The position numbers and the translations under genes were made by a program. From Vicugna vicugna (lineage: Eukaryota): DNA of 64,000 nucleotides. Shown here in pieces: positions 46,695-64,000 of the stretch. Where the stretch lies: the NCBI GenBank assembly GCA_013265495.1, contig MU058769.1, positions 332,477 through 396,476 of the forward strand. Direction: 5' to 3'. The notes under the pieces are model-generated. The model was not told the DNA's origin and made no database searches. It was given only the letters and a program-made list of their open reading frames with translations. How positions within the stretch are numbered: position 1 is the stretch's first letter; each line of letters starts with the position of its first letter.

Positions 46695-46887
46695 GTGATC
46701 CTGAAGTCGGAGCCTGTCCACCCCTTCGGGTTGGCGGTGTACGGGGAGCACATCTTCTGGACTGACTGGGTGCGGCGGGCTGTGCAGCGGGCCAACAAGC
46801 ACATTGGCAGCGACATGAAGCTGCTGCGTGTGGACATCCCCCAACAGCCCATGGGCATCATCGCCGTGGCCAATGACACCAACAGCT
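46695..46887 (+). CDS. LRP1: LRP1 exon 44
   Basis: [31 protein letters not shown]; 193 nt. Confidence 0.97.
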
Positions 46888-47426
46888 GTGAGTGGGGTCG
46901 CTGCCACCCGCCTTGCTCTCCTGCCCACCGTGCCAGCATGTACACACATACTGCACCCTGGGCCTGCTCCCCCAGTGCCTCCTTGTGCTCACACGCACGC
47001 TCATACACACCTTCACCCCCAAGAAACTCCAAAACACTTAACACTCCTCTGTTCCAGCTCCCCCAAGACATCTGTGCGTGCACACACACATATACACATT
47101 CATACGTGGTCTCGTCCACATCTCTGGACCCCCCAGCACGTGCTTTAGCCGTTCCTCCCACCCAGAACCACACACACCCTCCAGAAGCTGATCTCACACC
47201 CATCCCAGGCTCTGCCTGCTCCCCCCTCTGCGGGCACGTGCACAGACACAAGCCCACACTCGCCTGGCTGACCAAGGGCCCTCCCCCCACAGATCTGCAG
47301 CTTTCCTGGCCCCTCGCACACTCCTTACACGTGCCCTAGGGCCCCTGCCACAACACACATGACCTCAAGGCTCCTTAGACTTGAATCTCCCCAGAGCAGG
47401 CCTCAGAGCCCCAATCACCCACATAA

Positions 47427-49491
<2,065 letters not shown>

Positions 49492-49795
49492 TGACCACAG
49501 CACCCATGCACCTGAGCTGGGCATCCAAAGGACTTGTGAGGGGCGGGGGCTTCACCAGAGCCACTAAGACCTTGCCCAGGCCCCACCTCTTGGTTCCCTC
49601 CCAGGAAATGCCCTCCTGGGAAGCAGGCACCCTGGGCATCACCCCTGCCTCTACCCAGACCCTCTGGCTCAGAGAGGGGGCCATCTCCCTAGCTCCTGCT
49701 GAGCCGCCGACAAATGGTGCCATGGGAAGCTCTCCCAGTCGTCCTGTGGCATCTGCCTGCCCAGCTGAGTGCCCTGCCGTCCCTCCCCCATCTAA

Positions 49796-49957
<162 letters not shown>

Positions 49958-50052
49958 TAGGGAGGTGGCCATGGGAGGGACAGGCCTCCACACCCTGCCT
50001 GGGGGCAACAAAACAGTGGGGACGTCACCCCAGCTGCTCCACCCACTCCTGA

Positions 50053-50821
<769 letters not shown>

Positions 50822-50919
50822 GTGGGCCTCGTGCATGGCTCCCTTCCCCATCTCGGCCCCCAGCCCCATCCCCGAGGCCACCCGGGACCCCGCTGACCCG
50901 CCACCTCTGCTCTCCCCAG

Positions 50920-51110
50920 AGCACAAGTGCAACGCCTCCTCGCAGTTCCTGTGCAGCAGCGGGCGCTGCGTGGCCGAGGCGCTGCTTTGCAACGGCCAGG
51001 ACGACTGCGGCGACGGCTCAGACGAGCGCGGCTGCCACATCAACGAGTGTCTCAGCCGCAAGCTCAGTGGCTGCAGCCAGGACTGTGAGGACCTCAAGAT
51101 CGGCTTCAAG
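50920..51110 (+). CDS. LRP1: LRP1 exon 55 (CR20 + EGF start)
   Basis: [50 protein letters not shown]; 191 nt. Confidence 0.97.
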
Positions 51111-51880
51111 GTGCGTTGCGCCCTGGGCAGGAGCCTCCACACCCCGGAGCCTGGCAGGGACGCCCTTCTCCAGCCCCCATTCATTTGTTCACTCAACAAG
51201 GGCTAATTTGGCTCCTCCTCTGCCAGGCGGGGTCCTCGGCGCTGGGGACACAGCACTGAGCACAACAGAAAGCTCTGCTTGGTTGGGTCTGCATCTGTTT
51301 GGAAGGCAGAGCCAGCAGGCTTTGCTGGCAGACGAGGTCAGGGGCATGAGAGAGGGAGGGGCGTGCAGATGCCAAGTCGGCCCCAGATGTTCAGGTTTGT
51401 GGTTCGAGGAGGAGGCAAGACAGGAGAGAGAGTCTGGGAGCTGTCACCATAGAGACGGCATTTAAGTCATGAGTCTGGATGAGATCCCCAAGGGGGCCAG
51501 TGTAGATGGAAAAGAGGAAGGTCTAAGGCCTGAGCCCTGTGCTCAGCCACGTGGAGGGCAGGGCGGTGAGGGGCAAGCAGCAGAGGGGCTGAGCAGGGGC
51601 AGCCACTGGGGCGGGAGCACAGCCAAGCGAAGGCAGTGTTGGAGGAGGTGATCAGCTCTGTCAGACGATACTCACAGGCCGCGTAAGATGAGGCCTGAGC
51701 ATCAAGCTCCAGACGTGGTGACATGGCGGTCGCTGGGGCCTCACTCCAGTTGTTTTGGTCGGGGTGAGAGCCAGGCTGCTCAGTACCTGTCCACTGCCTG
51801 CCCCCCTAGCCAGGCTGGGCTTCCCTGTCAGAGCCAGCTACCCAGGATGGAGGGAGCCGGAGGCCCAGGACAGCTTCTGA

Positions 51881-52757
<877 letters not shown>

Positions 52758-53092
52758 TGAATTACGGCTTCTCTTCCCTCCCCACTGAGCCACTTGCACG
52801 ACTCTGCTTGTCCTCACTCCTCTCTCCAAGCCCAGTGGGCAAGGTCTGGGAGAGTCCTCTTGCTCTTTCCCTGATCAGCAGTAAGTCCCCCCTTGTGTCT
52901 GACCTCCCTTAAACCTGTGCTCTTGAGCACTGTGGGCTTTGGGGTGTGGTCTCTCACACCTAGAGACCTCTTTCCCTGAGCCTCAACTGACACCAGGGCC
53001 AAGGAGGGCCTTTTCCATCTGCTGTCCTCCCAGAGAGGCTGAGAGTCCTGCCCAGGTCACTCAGGGCCCTTCCTTCCTGCCCCTGCCCACAG

Positions 53093-53280
53093 GTGCTGCA
53101 CCGGACGGGCCTCAGCAACCCTGACGGGCTGGCCGTGGACTGGGTTGGCGGCAACCTGTACTGGTGTGACAAAGGCCGAGACACCATCGAAGTGTCCAAG
53201 CTCAATGGGGCCTATCGCGCGGTGCTGGTCAGCTCCGGCCTCCGTGAGCCCCGGGCTCTGGTGGTGGATGTGCAGAATGG
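53093..53280 (+). CDS. LRP1: LRP1 exon 59
   Basis: [32 protein letters not shown]; 188 nt. Confidence 0.97.
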
Positions 53281-53412
53281 GTATGTGGGTGAAGAGGGCT
53301 GGGGAGCCCTGATAGCAACTGGTGCGCTCAGGCGTCCAGACCCAGCCTCCCCTCAGGCTCCAGGTGGGACCAGTCCCTGGTTTTCAGGGCTCACTGCCCA
53401 CCCACCTGCCAG

Positions 53413-53618
53413 GTACCTGTACTGGACAGACTGGGGGGACCACTCACTGATCGGCCGGATCGGCATGGATGGGTCTGACCGCAGTGTCATCGTGGACACC
53501 AAGATCACATGGCCCAATGGCCTCACACTGGACTACGTCACCGAACGCATCTACTGGGCTGACGCCCGTGAGGACTACATTGAGTTTGCCAGCCTGGATG
53601 GCTCCAATCGCCGTGTTG
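53413..53618 (+). CDS. LRP1: LRP1 exon 60
   Basis: [27 protein letters not shown]; 206 nt. Confidence 0.97.
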
Positions 53619-54006
53619 GTCAGTGTGCCAGTGAGGCTGCCTGGACACAGCAGACTTGGTGGGGATGGGAGGGTCTGAAGCTACACGGGATCAGGATTTG
53701 GGGGCAAGAGTGGGCTTAAAGGCCAGAGGGCATGGTCTGAGGACGCCACCCACCAGAGGTCTGGGGGTTCACAGCACCCCAGGTCATGCCCTCCTGGACC
53801 CTCCCAGGCATGAAGCCACCGCCAGCACCCTCGGGAAGGAGAGAGAGAGATGGTTCCCGGTGATGGGCAGGTGGGAGTGGGAGGGCTGGGGCTGGGGTTC
53901 TCAGCGTGCCCCCACTTCCTGGCAGGGGCTTTTCGAGTATTGTGGAGCAGGGACCTGCTGGCAGACAGGCCTGGAGGAGCTGGGTTCCAACTCTGCCACT
54001 TACTAG

Positions 54007-54423
<417 letters not shown>

Positions 54424-54846
54424 TGAGCAGTGCTTGCAGACACCAGGAGACTTGGGAGGCTGTACAGACAGGCTGCGATCTGGCTCTCAGGAGCTGCAGC
54501 AAGGTCCTGTGGCCCATCCAGCAGGCCGGACCCCAAGGCAGGCAGGGCAGAGCTGAGGAAGGGCATGAAGGAGGCTGCGGCAGGGTTCAGGCCAGGCCTG
54601 GTCCTGGGAGCTCGAGAGAGTCCTCTCCTGTCTCTGGCTTCAGCTTCCCCTGAGAGAGCAGGCTTTGGCTCTGTCCCACCTCTGCCCGGGGTAGATGGGC
54701 TACCTATCAGGCTAGGCAGCCTTTCAAAGATCAGAAAACGCATCACCAGCCAGTGCTGCCGTCCCTCCACCGGAGCCAGGGGCGTGGGGAGCAGTGGTCC
54801 GTAACCTGGGCCAGTCAGCTGCCCTTAAGCTGCCTGTCCTCCGCAG

Positions 54847-54995
54847 TGCCCAATCACCCCTGCAAGGTCAACAACGGCGGCTGCAGCAACCTGTGCCTGC
54901 TGTCCCCAGGGGGCGGACACAAGTGTGCCTGTCCCACCAACTTCTACCTGGGCGGCGACGGGCGCAACTGTGTGTCCAACTGCACTGCCAGCCAG
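54847..54995 (+). CDS. LRP1: LRP1 exon 62 (EGF + start CR21)
   Basis: [31 protein letters not shown]; 149 nt. Confidence 0.97.
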
Positions 54996-55416
54996 GTGAG
55001 GCTCTGCCCTAGACCCCGCTCACTGATGCCTCGTCCCCCCACCAGTACCCCCAGCTCCTCCTTGGACCCCAACACCCGCTCTAGTGTCCTCACACATCTG
55101 GTTTTCCCACGCTAACACCCCCACATTTCTTGCCTACCTCTTGTCTCCCCACAGCAATACTTTTACACCCGTCACCTCACACAAACACCCCCAGACCCTA
55201 ACCCTGACCCCCACCCATCCTCCGAACCCCCACTTCCACACAGACACCCCTCGCCCGGCCTTCCCGCACTCCCCACATCCCAACCTTCCATCCAGCTCAA
55301 CCTCCCCCCGAGGTGCCTAACCCATTGCTTCTCTGAAACATCCCAGCCCCTCAAAAGAAAACCTCCTGAGTTCCCCAGACCCCCACCAACCCCTCTCGCC
55401 CCCGCCTGCCCTCCAG

Positions 55417-55510
55417 TTTGTGTGCAAGAACGACAAGTGCATCCCCTTCTGGTGGAAGTGTGACACGGAGGATGACTGCGGGGACCACTCGGACGAGCCC
55501 CCAGACTGTC
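55417..55510 (+). CDS. LRP1: LRP1 exon 63 (CR21, cluster IV)
   Basis: [31 protein letters not shown]; 94 nt. Confidence 0.97.
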
Positions 55511-55608
55511 GTGAGTGCCTGGGCCGGGTGGCGACGGTCCTGCGTCAGGGCGGCCTGACTCCCGAGGCCCGGGCCGGCCGCACCCACCACCGGCCCTTCT
55601 GACGCTGA

Positions 55609-55887
<279 letters not shown>

Positions 55888-55896
55888 TGAGCCTGA

Positions 55897-56202
<306 letters not shown>

Positions 56203-56453
56203 TAATGTTATTAGATAAGCAACATAAATTATATGAGGCGTGACTTGGTTTGCTCATAAAATCGTCATGCTTGGTATACAGATGTGCAAATCCAGAAAAC
56301 AAAAAACACCAGAATTGGAGATAAACTGTCCCTTCCTCCTGAAAACTTGCTGTCAGGACCAGGGCCAGGGCCAGGCCTTAGAAGAAGACAGTGATCTTGA
56401 ACTGTGGAGGGAGGTGGAATGGGCAGGTCCTCATTCTCCCCCCAACCCCACAG

Positions 56454-56576
56454 CCGAGGTGACCTGTGCCCCCAACCAGTTCCAGTGCTCCATCACCAAG
56501 CGCTGCATCCCCCGAGTCTGGGTCTGTGACCGGGACAATGACTGTGTGGATGGCAGCGATGAGCCCGCCAACTGCA
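56454..56576 (+). CDS. LRP1: LRP1 exon 66 (CR24)
   Basis: [41 protein letters not shown]; 123 nt. Confidence 0.97.
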
Positions 56577-56719
56577 GTGAGTGTCCTGGAGTCCACCCTC
56601 CCTCTACAACGTCTGCTCCTCCCACCACCCCCACATGCGACCCTCTTGGTGGCCACTCCCCCCAGGCCCCACCTTTGCAGCACATTTCTCCCCTTCACCA
56701 CCGGGCCATCCCCTTGCAG

Positions 56720-56845
56720 CCCAGATGACCTGCGGAGTGGATGAGTTCCGCTGCAAGGACTCGGGCCGCTGTATCCCAGCACGCTGGAAGTGTGATGGAG
56801 AGGATGACTGTGGGGACGGCTCGGATGAGCCCAAAGAAGAGTGTG
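56720..56845 (+). CDS. LRP1: LRP1 exon 67 (CR25)
   Basis: [42 protein letters not shown]; 126 nt. Confidence 0.97.
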
Positions 56846-57192
56846 GTGAGCTTCAGGGAAGGCACTCTGCCTGAGCAGTGGGCACAGTGTCCGCTGGCTG
56901 GGGAGGGCCGGGGCTGCCTGCTAACTGGGTCCCTGCACGGCCTGTGCCCACCGCCTCTTGTCTAGTTCCCATCCCCACCCCCACCGGCACTTCATCGGCA
57001 CAGACCTGTGCAGACTTTTCTCTGCCCACCTTATGGCATCTCTTGATCCCCTCCCCAAAGCAGGTCCCCTGAATCGTGTCCCTTCTGCCCTATCAGCTGC
57101 CGTAGACTCCACATCTCAGAACACAGCCTGGGCTCCCACCGCTGACATTTGTCAGGCTGGAGTGCCCACTCTCCTGCTCCTGGGCATCCTGA

Positions 57193-57570
<378 letters not shown>

Positions 57571-57934
57571 TGAGTTTGTGCCATTTCACCTCATCTCATG
57601 TTTCTCTCCATTTTCACACTGTCCTCTCGGGGTTGCAGAGGTAGGTGTCTCTGATGTGCCCGTGATCCTACCACATCCCCTGCCGCTGTCCCAGAGCCCA
57701 CCTGTCCCTGTGCTGTGCCAGCCCATCATCCTTTACTGGCCTCTCCTTAAACCCCGGTGCTTGTCTTAGTGGTCTTGTCCCTCCCCTTCCCTCCCCATAC
57801 ACAGTCTGTTGTGAGGGCAGGGCCAGGGGCCGTACCCTCTCTCATGTGTCTGCCCCAGAGGGGTAAGTGTGAGCACCCTCTGGGCCCAGCTGGTCCCCTG
57901 AGGGCAGCCAGTTAACTTGCCCAGGATTGGCTGA

Positions 57935-58581
<647 letters not shown>

Positions 58582-59099
58582 TGAGAAGCAAAGTCACTGC
58601 TCACTTCCCTTCCTGGGGCAATGAGGCAGCACCTGCCCCAAGCTGACCAGGCTGGGCTCAACAGCCCAGAGAGGGCAGTGGGAAGCCCAGGTGAGAGAAG
58701 GCTGGGGCTTGGTGCAAAGACCCCAGCAGCGAGGGCAGAAATCCTGGCTCTGTGCTGATGGGCCAAGGACAGGGACTGGAACCTAGGTCTCCTGACTCTC
58801 TGCCCAGTGCTCTTCCTCTGTCCGGGGCATTGAACTACAGTCGGCCCAGGACCTGCCACAACCACCAGAGAAAGCGGGCCCGCTGGACCCCTCTGGACAC
58901 TCTTCCCCTCAAAGGCCTCTTGCCCCTAAACACCAGAGGAGGCAGTTCTGCCTAGCTACCCAGCTGGTAGAAAGTTAGGAAACCCCGGCTCTTCCCTCTA
59001 GGCCTCCACCTCTGGAGGGAGAGGTCGAGGTAAGACCAGGCCCCCAGCAGCCTGGGGCTCAGGGCTCATTTTTTACTCTTTGCTCCCCCTGGTGCCCAG

Positions 59100-59219
59100 T
59101 GCGGACGTGCCCCCTGGACGAGTTCCAGTGCAATAACACCCTGTGCAAGCCACTGGCATGGAAGTGTGATGGCGAGGACGACTGTGGGGACAACTCAGAC
59201 GAGAACCCAGAGGAGTGCG
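59100..59219 (+). CDS. LRP1: LRP1 exon 71 (CR29)
   Basis: [40 protein letters not shown]; 120 nt. Confidence 0.97.
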
Positions 59220-59342
59220 GTGAGGCTCCTGGGCACTGGCGGGGCTCTGGACAGGGCGGGGCTGTCACGCTCCCAGGCGGCCCGAGGCCCGCCCCAAGGA
59301 TGATTCTGACTCTTGTCTCCTCCGGCCGCCTGGCCGCTGCAG

Positions 59343-59465
59343 TCCAGTTCGTGTGCCCTCCCAACCGGCCTTTCCGTTGCAAGAACGACCGCGTCTGCCT
59401 GTGGATCGGGCGCCAGTGCGACGGCACCGACAACTGCGGAGATGGAACTGATGAGGAGGACTGTG
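59343..59465 (+). CDS. LRP1: LRP1 exon 72 (CR30)
   Basis: [41 protein letters not shown]; 123 nt. Confidence 0.96.
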
Positions 59466-59594
59466 GTGAGCAGGGGGCCAGTGAGAAGGAGCCTGGGGTG
59501 CCTAGAGTGGGTGTCTACCTGTGACTGGGGGGCCCCAGTGGGAAGAGGGGCAGGGTGGTAAATCCCCAGGACCTGAAGCCCCGCCCTCCCCCAG

Positions 59595-59735
59595 AGCCGC
59601 CCACCGCGCAGACCGCCCACTGCAAAGACAAGAAGGAGTTTCTGTGCCGGAACCAGCGCTGCCTCTCCTCCTCGCTGCGCTGCAATATGTTCGATGACTG
59701 CGGGGACGGCTCTGACGAGGAGGGCTGCAGCATCG
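59595..59735 (+). CDS. LRP1: LRP1 exon 73 (CR31)
   Basis: [47 protein letters not shown]; 141 nt. Confidence 0.97.
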
Positions 59736-59837
59736 GTGAGACAGGCGTGCTGGGGCATGGGGTTGGCCAGGAGGGGCGGAGAGCCGAAGCACAGGCCTAT
59801 GGGGGTTCGGAAGAGGATCCACTTTCTGTCCCCACAG

Positions 59838-59972
59838 ACCCTAAGCTGACCAGCTGCGCCGCCAACGCCAGCATCTGCGGGGATGAGGCACGTTGTGTGC
59901 GCACCGAGAAAGCCGCGTACTGTGCCTGCCGCACTGGCTTCCACACAGTGCCAGGCCAGCCCGGATGCCAGG
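59838..59972 (+). CDS. LRP1: LRP1 exon 74 (EGF)
   Basis: [45 protein letters not shown]; 135 nt. Confidence 0.97.
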
Positions 59973-60056
59973 GTAGGAAAGCGGCGGGGCCTAGCAGGCG
60001 GGCAGGCGGAAGCCCCAGCCGCAAGACTCTCCATGACGCTCCCATGTCACCCCCAG

Positions 60057-60176
60057 ACATCAATGAATGCCTGCGCTTCGGCACCTGCTCACAGCTCTGC
60101 AACAACACCAAGGGCGGCCACCTGTGCAGCTGTGCGCGCAACTTCATGAAGACGCACAACACCTGCAAGGCCGAAG
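60057..60176 (+). CDS. LRP1: LRP1 exon 75 (EGF)
   Basis: [40 protein letters not shown]; 120 nt. Confidence 0.97.
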
Positions 60177-60424
60177 GTAGGCGCTGCGGGAGGACCGAGA
60201 GAGGGGCGCGGCTTGCAACACGGGTATGAAACTGGGACCAGGAATACGCTATTTTTCGTCCATATCCCCTTGCCTGAGGTGGAACCCTAAGCCCACAGGT
60301 GCAGCTTCCTGCACGTAGAGCTGGCAGCCGTGCAGAGGCCGCCGGGCTGAGGAGTTCTGGGCTGAGGAGAGAGCGCACAGACACGCATCACCATGTGTAT
60401 CCCACCTGCGTATTCCCATTACAC

Positions 60425-60590
60425 TTTTTTCCAGCTGCACTAAGGTGTACGATTAACAGAATTGTCAGATATTTAACGTGTGCAAGGTGATGATCTGATT
60501 AATGTGCACCTGGTGAAACGATTCCCCTCACTGGATTTACACATCCATCACTCACTTTGCATATTCACCTTTTCTTCTTTTTTTTGTAAG
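60425..60590 (-). mobile_element. L1 (L1MA-like) 3' end fragment
   Basis: taaggtgtacgattaacagaattgtcagatatttaacgtgtgcaag..acatccatcactcac. Confidence 0.6.
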
Positions 60591-60950
60591 AATGTGTAAG
60601 CTCTATTCCTATACATTCTTTGACACATACCTGTATCTTCCTTGTGCCTGAATACAGACACCCCCCACATCCACGTACACACACCCGTGCACACATAGGG
60701 GCGTATAGATACACAGAACCCCACCACACATGCCCAACTGCACTCAGATGCCCATGCACACCTATACCCCTCCATGGCCATGCTCATACATCCCCACATG
60801 CGTGTGCACCCACGAGCAGATATTAGACAGTTTGGAGCAGAGAACGTGGTGATGCCAGCCAGAGGCCATGAATAGGCAGAAGTCCCTAAGGCTGGAAGAG
60901 GAGAGACAGCTTTCTGGAGTATCAGGTCACACTAGATCAGCTCAAGAGAA

Positions 60951-60978
60951 GAGAGGAGAGGAGAGGAGAGGAGAGGAG
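60951..60978. repeat. (GAGAG)n pentanucleotide repeat
   Basis: seen directly. Confidence 0.9.
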
Positions 60979-60991
60979 AAGGAAGTTCTAA

Positions 60992-61585
<594 letters not shown>

Positions 61586-61910
61586 TGAGACCGGAGGGCA
61601 GGCCAGCCTTCGGTTTACGTGGTGAGGCTCAGACAGCAAGTGGACAGAGCAGCGCTATCATCAGTAGCTGGCTCTGCCACATCGCGGTCAAGGCTGCAGG
61701 GCCAGTGGGCCCCTGGCCTTCAGCATCAGAGCTGCATTCATTCCTGACTGTCACTGCCAGCCCACTGTGTCTGTCTTGCCATCCTGTTTAGCCTCTTCGG
61801 GCCTTACTTTGTTCCTCACTAAAACAGGGTGATGGTATTTAGCAGGGACAGGCTAGCAAGGGGTGGGAGGATGGATAATGAGCAGGAAGACGAAAGGCAG
61901 TAGCTCCTGA

Positions 61911-62327
<417 letters not shown>

Positions 62328-62588
62328 TGACTGGCTGTCAGGGGCGGCCAGGTTCTAGGCTTCTCTGCTTCAGGGGGCAGCTCTGCCTACTTAGATGACC
62401 CCGGGTTAGCACATTGTGGTTTTAGAGTAAAAGATCCTTAACCTGATCAGGAAGCTGACTCCCCCTGGTTCTCTCTGGAGGAGATGGACAGAACACCCTC
62501 CTCTCAATACCCAGCAGTCCCTGTGCCCACCTTGACTGGCCTCCTCCGGCAGCCTCAGGTCCTACCCACACTCCTTCTCCCTCCCCAG

Positions 62589-62695
62589 AACCATGTACTG
62601 GTCAGACTGGGGGAACCACCCCAAGATTGAAACGGCAGCAATGGATGGGACCCTTCGGGAGACACTGGTACAGGACAACATCCAATGGCCCACAG
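62589..62695 (+). CDS. LRP1: LRP1 exon 78
   Basis: [35 protein letters not shown]; 107 nt. Confidence 0.97.
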
Positions 62696-62758
62696 GTCCG
62701 TGTGGCTGGGGGCAGGGGGTGTGGGAGGGCTAGGCTTGTTGAGCCTGGGGCCACATAA

Positions 62759-63292
<534 letters not shown>

Positions 63293-63517
63293 TGAGCTGC
63301 GTGGAGGCCCCATGGGTACTAGTAGGAAATTAGCAAATGTGGGGAGAGGGAACAGAAGTCCATCCTGTCCCCCGAATTCTAGAGCTGATGGAATCTTTTG
63401 TCAGTAGTGGCCACAGGAGGAGGAATAGTCTGGGGGGAGTTGACTTTGGGACATGTTGAGTGTGAGGTGCCGGGAGCTGTGGGGGCCAGTGTCCTGGAGA
63501 GCGTGACCAGGGCCTGA

Positions 63518-63998
<481 letters not shown>

Positions 63999-64000
63999 GT

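Overview
Mammalian genomic DNA, probably camelid: it has a Vic-1-type tRNA-derived SINE with a perfect 14-bp target-site duplication, and I recognised no Alu, Bov-tA or PRE-1. The window lies entirely inside one plus-strand gene, LRP1 (LDL receptor-related protein 1). I traced 79 consecutive coding exons (3-81 of the 89-exon human numbering) with GT-AG boundaries and a continuous frame wherever sequence is visible. They encode CR2, the EGF/YWTD propellers, ligand-binding clusters II-IV and the RHRR furin site. Exons 1-2 and 82-89 (signal peptide, TM, NPxY tail) lie outside the window. Three N-gaps mask parts of exons 14, 24 and 25. Introns contain old MIR, L2, L1, hAT and MaLR fragments. I found no new gene or mobile system. 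The most interesting signals are a possible hidden alternative-splicing layer: a 51-nt in-frame cassette exon in intron 19 giving an alternative acidic C-half for CR6; a candidate 12-nt in-frame microexon in intron 6; an apparent orthologue of the human short-isoform terminal exon that lacks its AG; a second strong acceptor with RBFOX and G4 elements in intron 19; and a diverged orthologue of the miR-1228 mirtron intron. Human comparisons are from memory and need database checks. Repeat boundaries are approximate.
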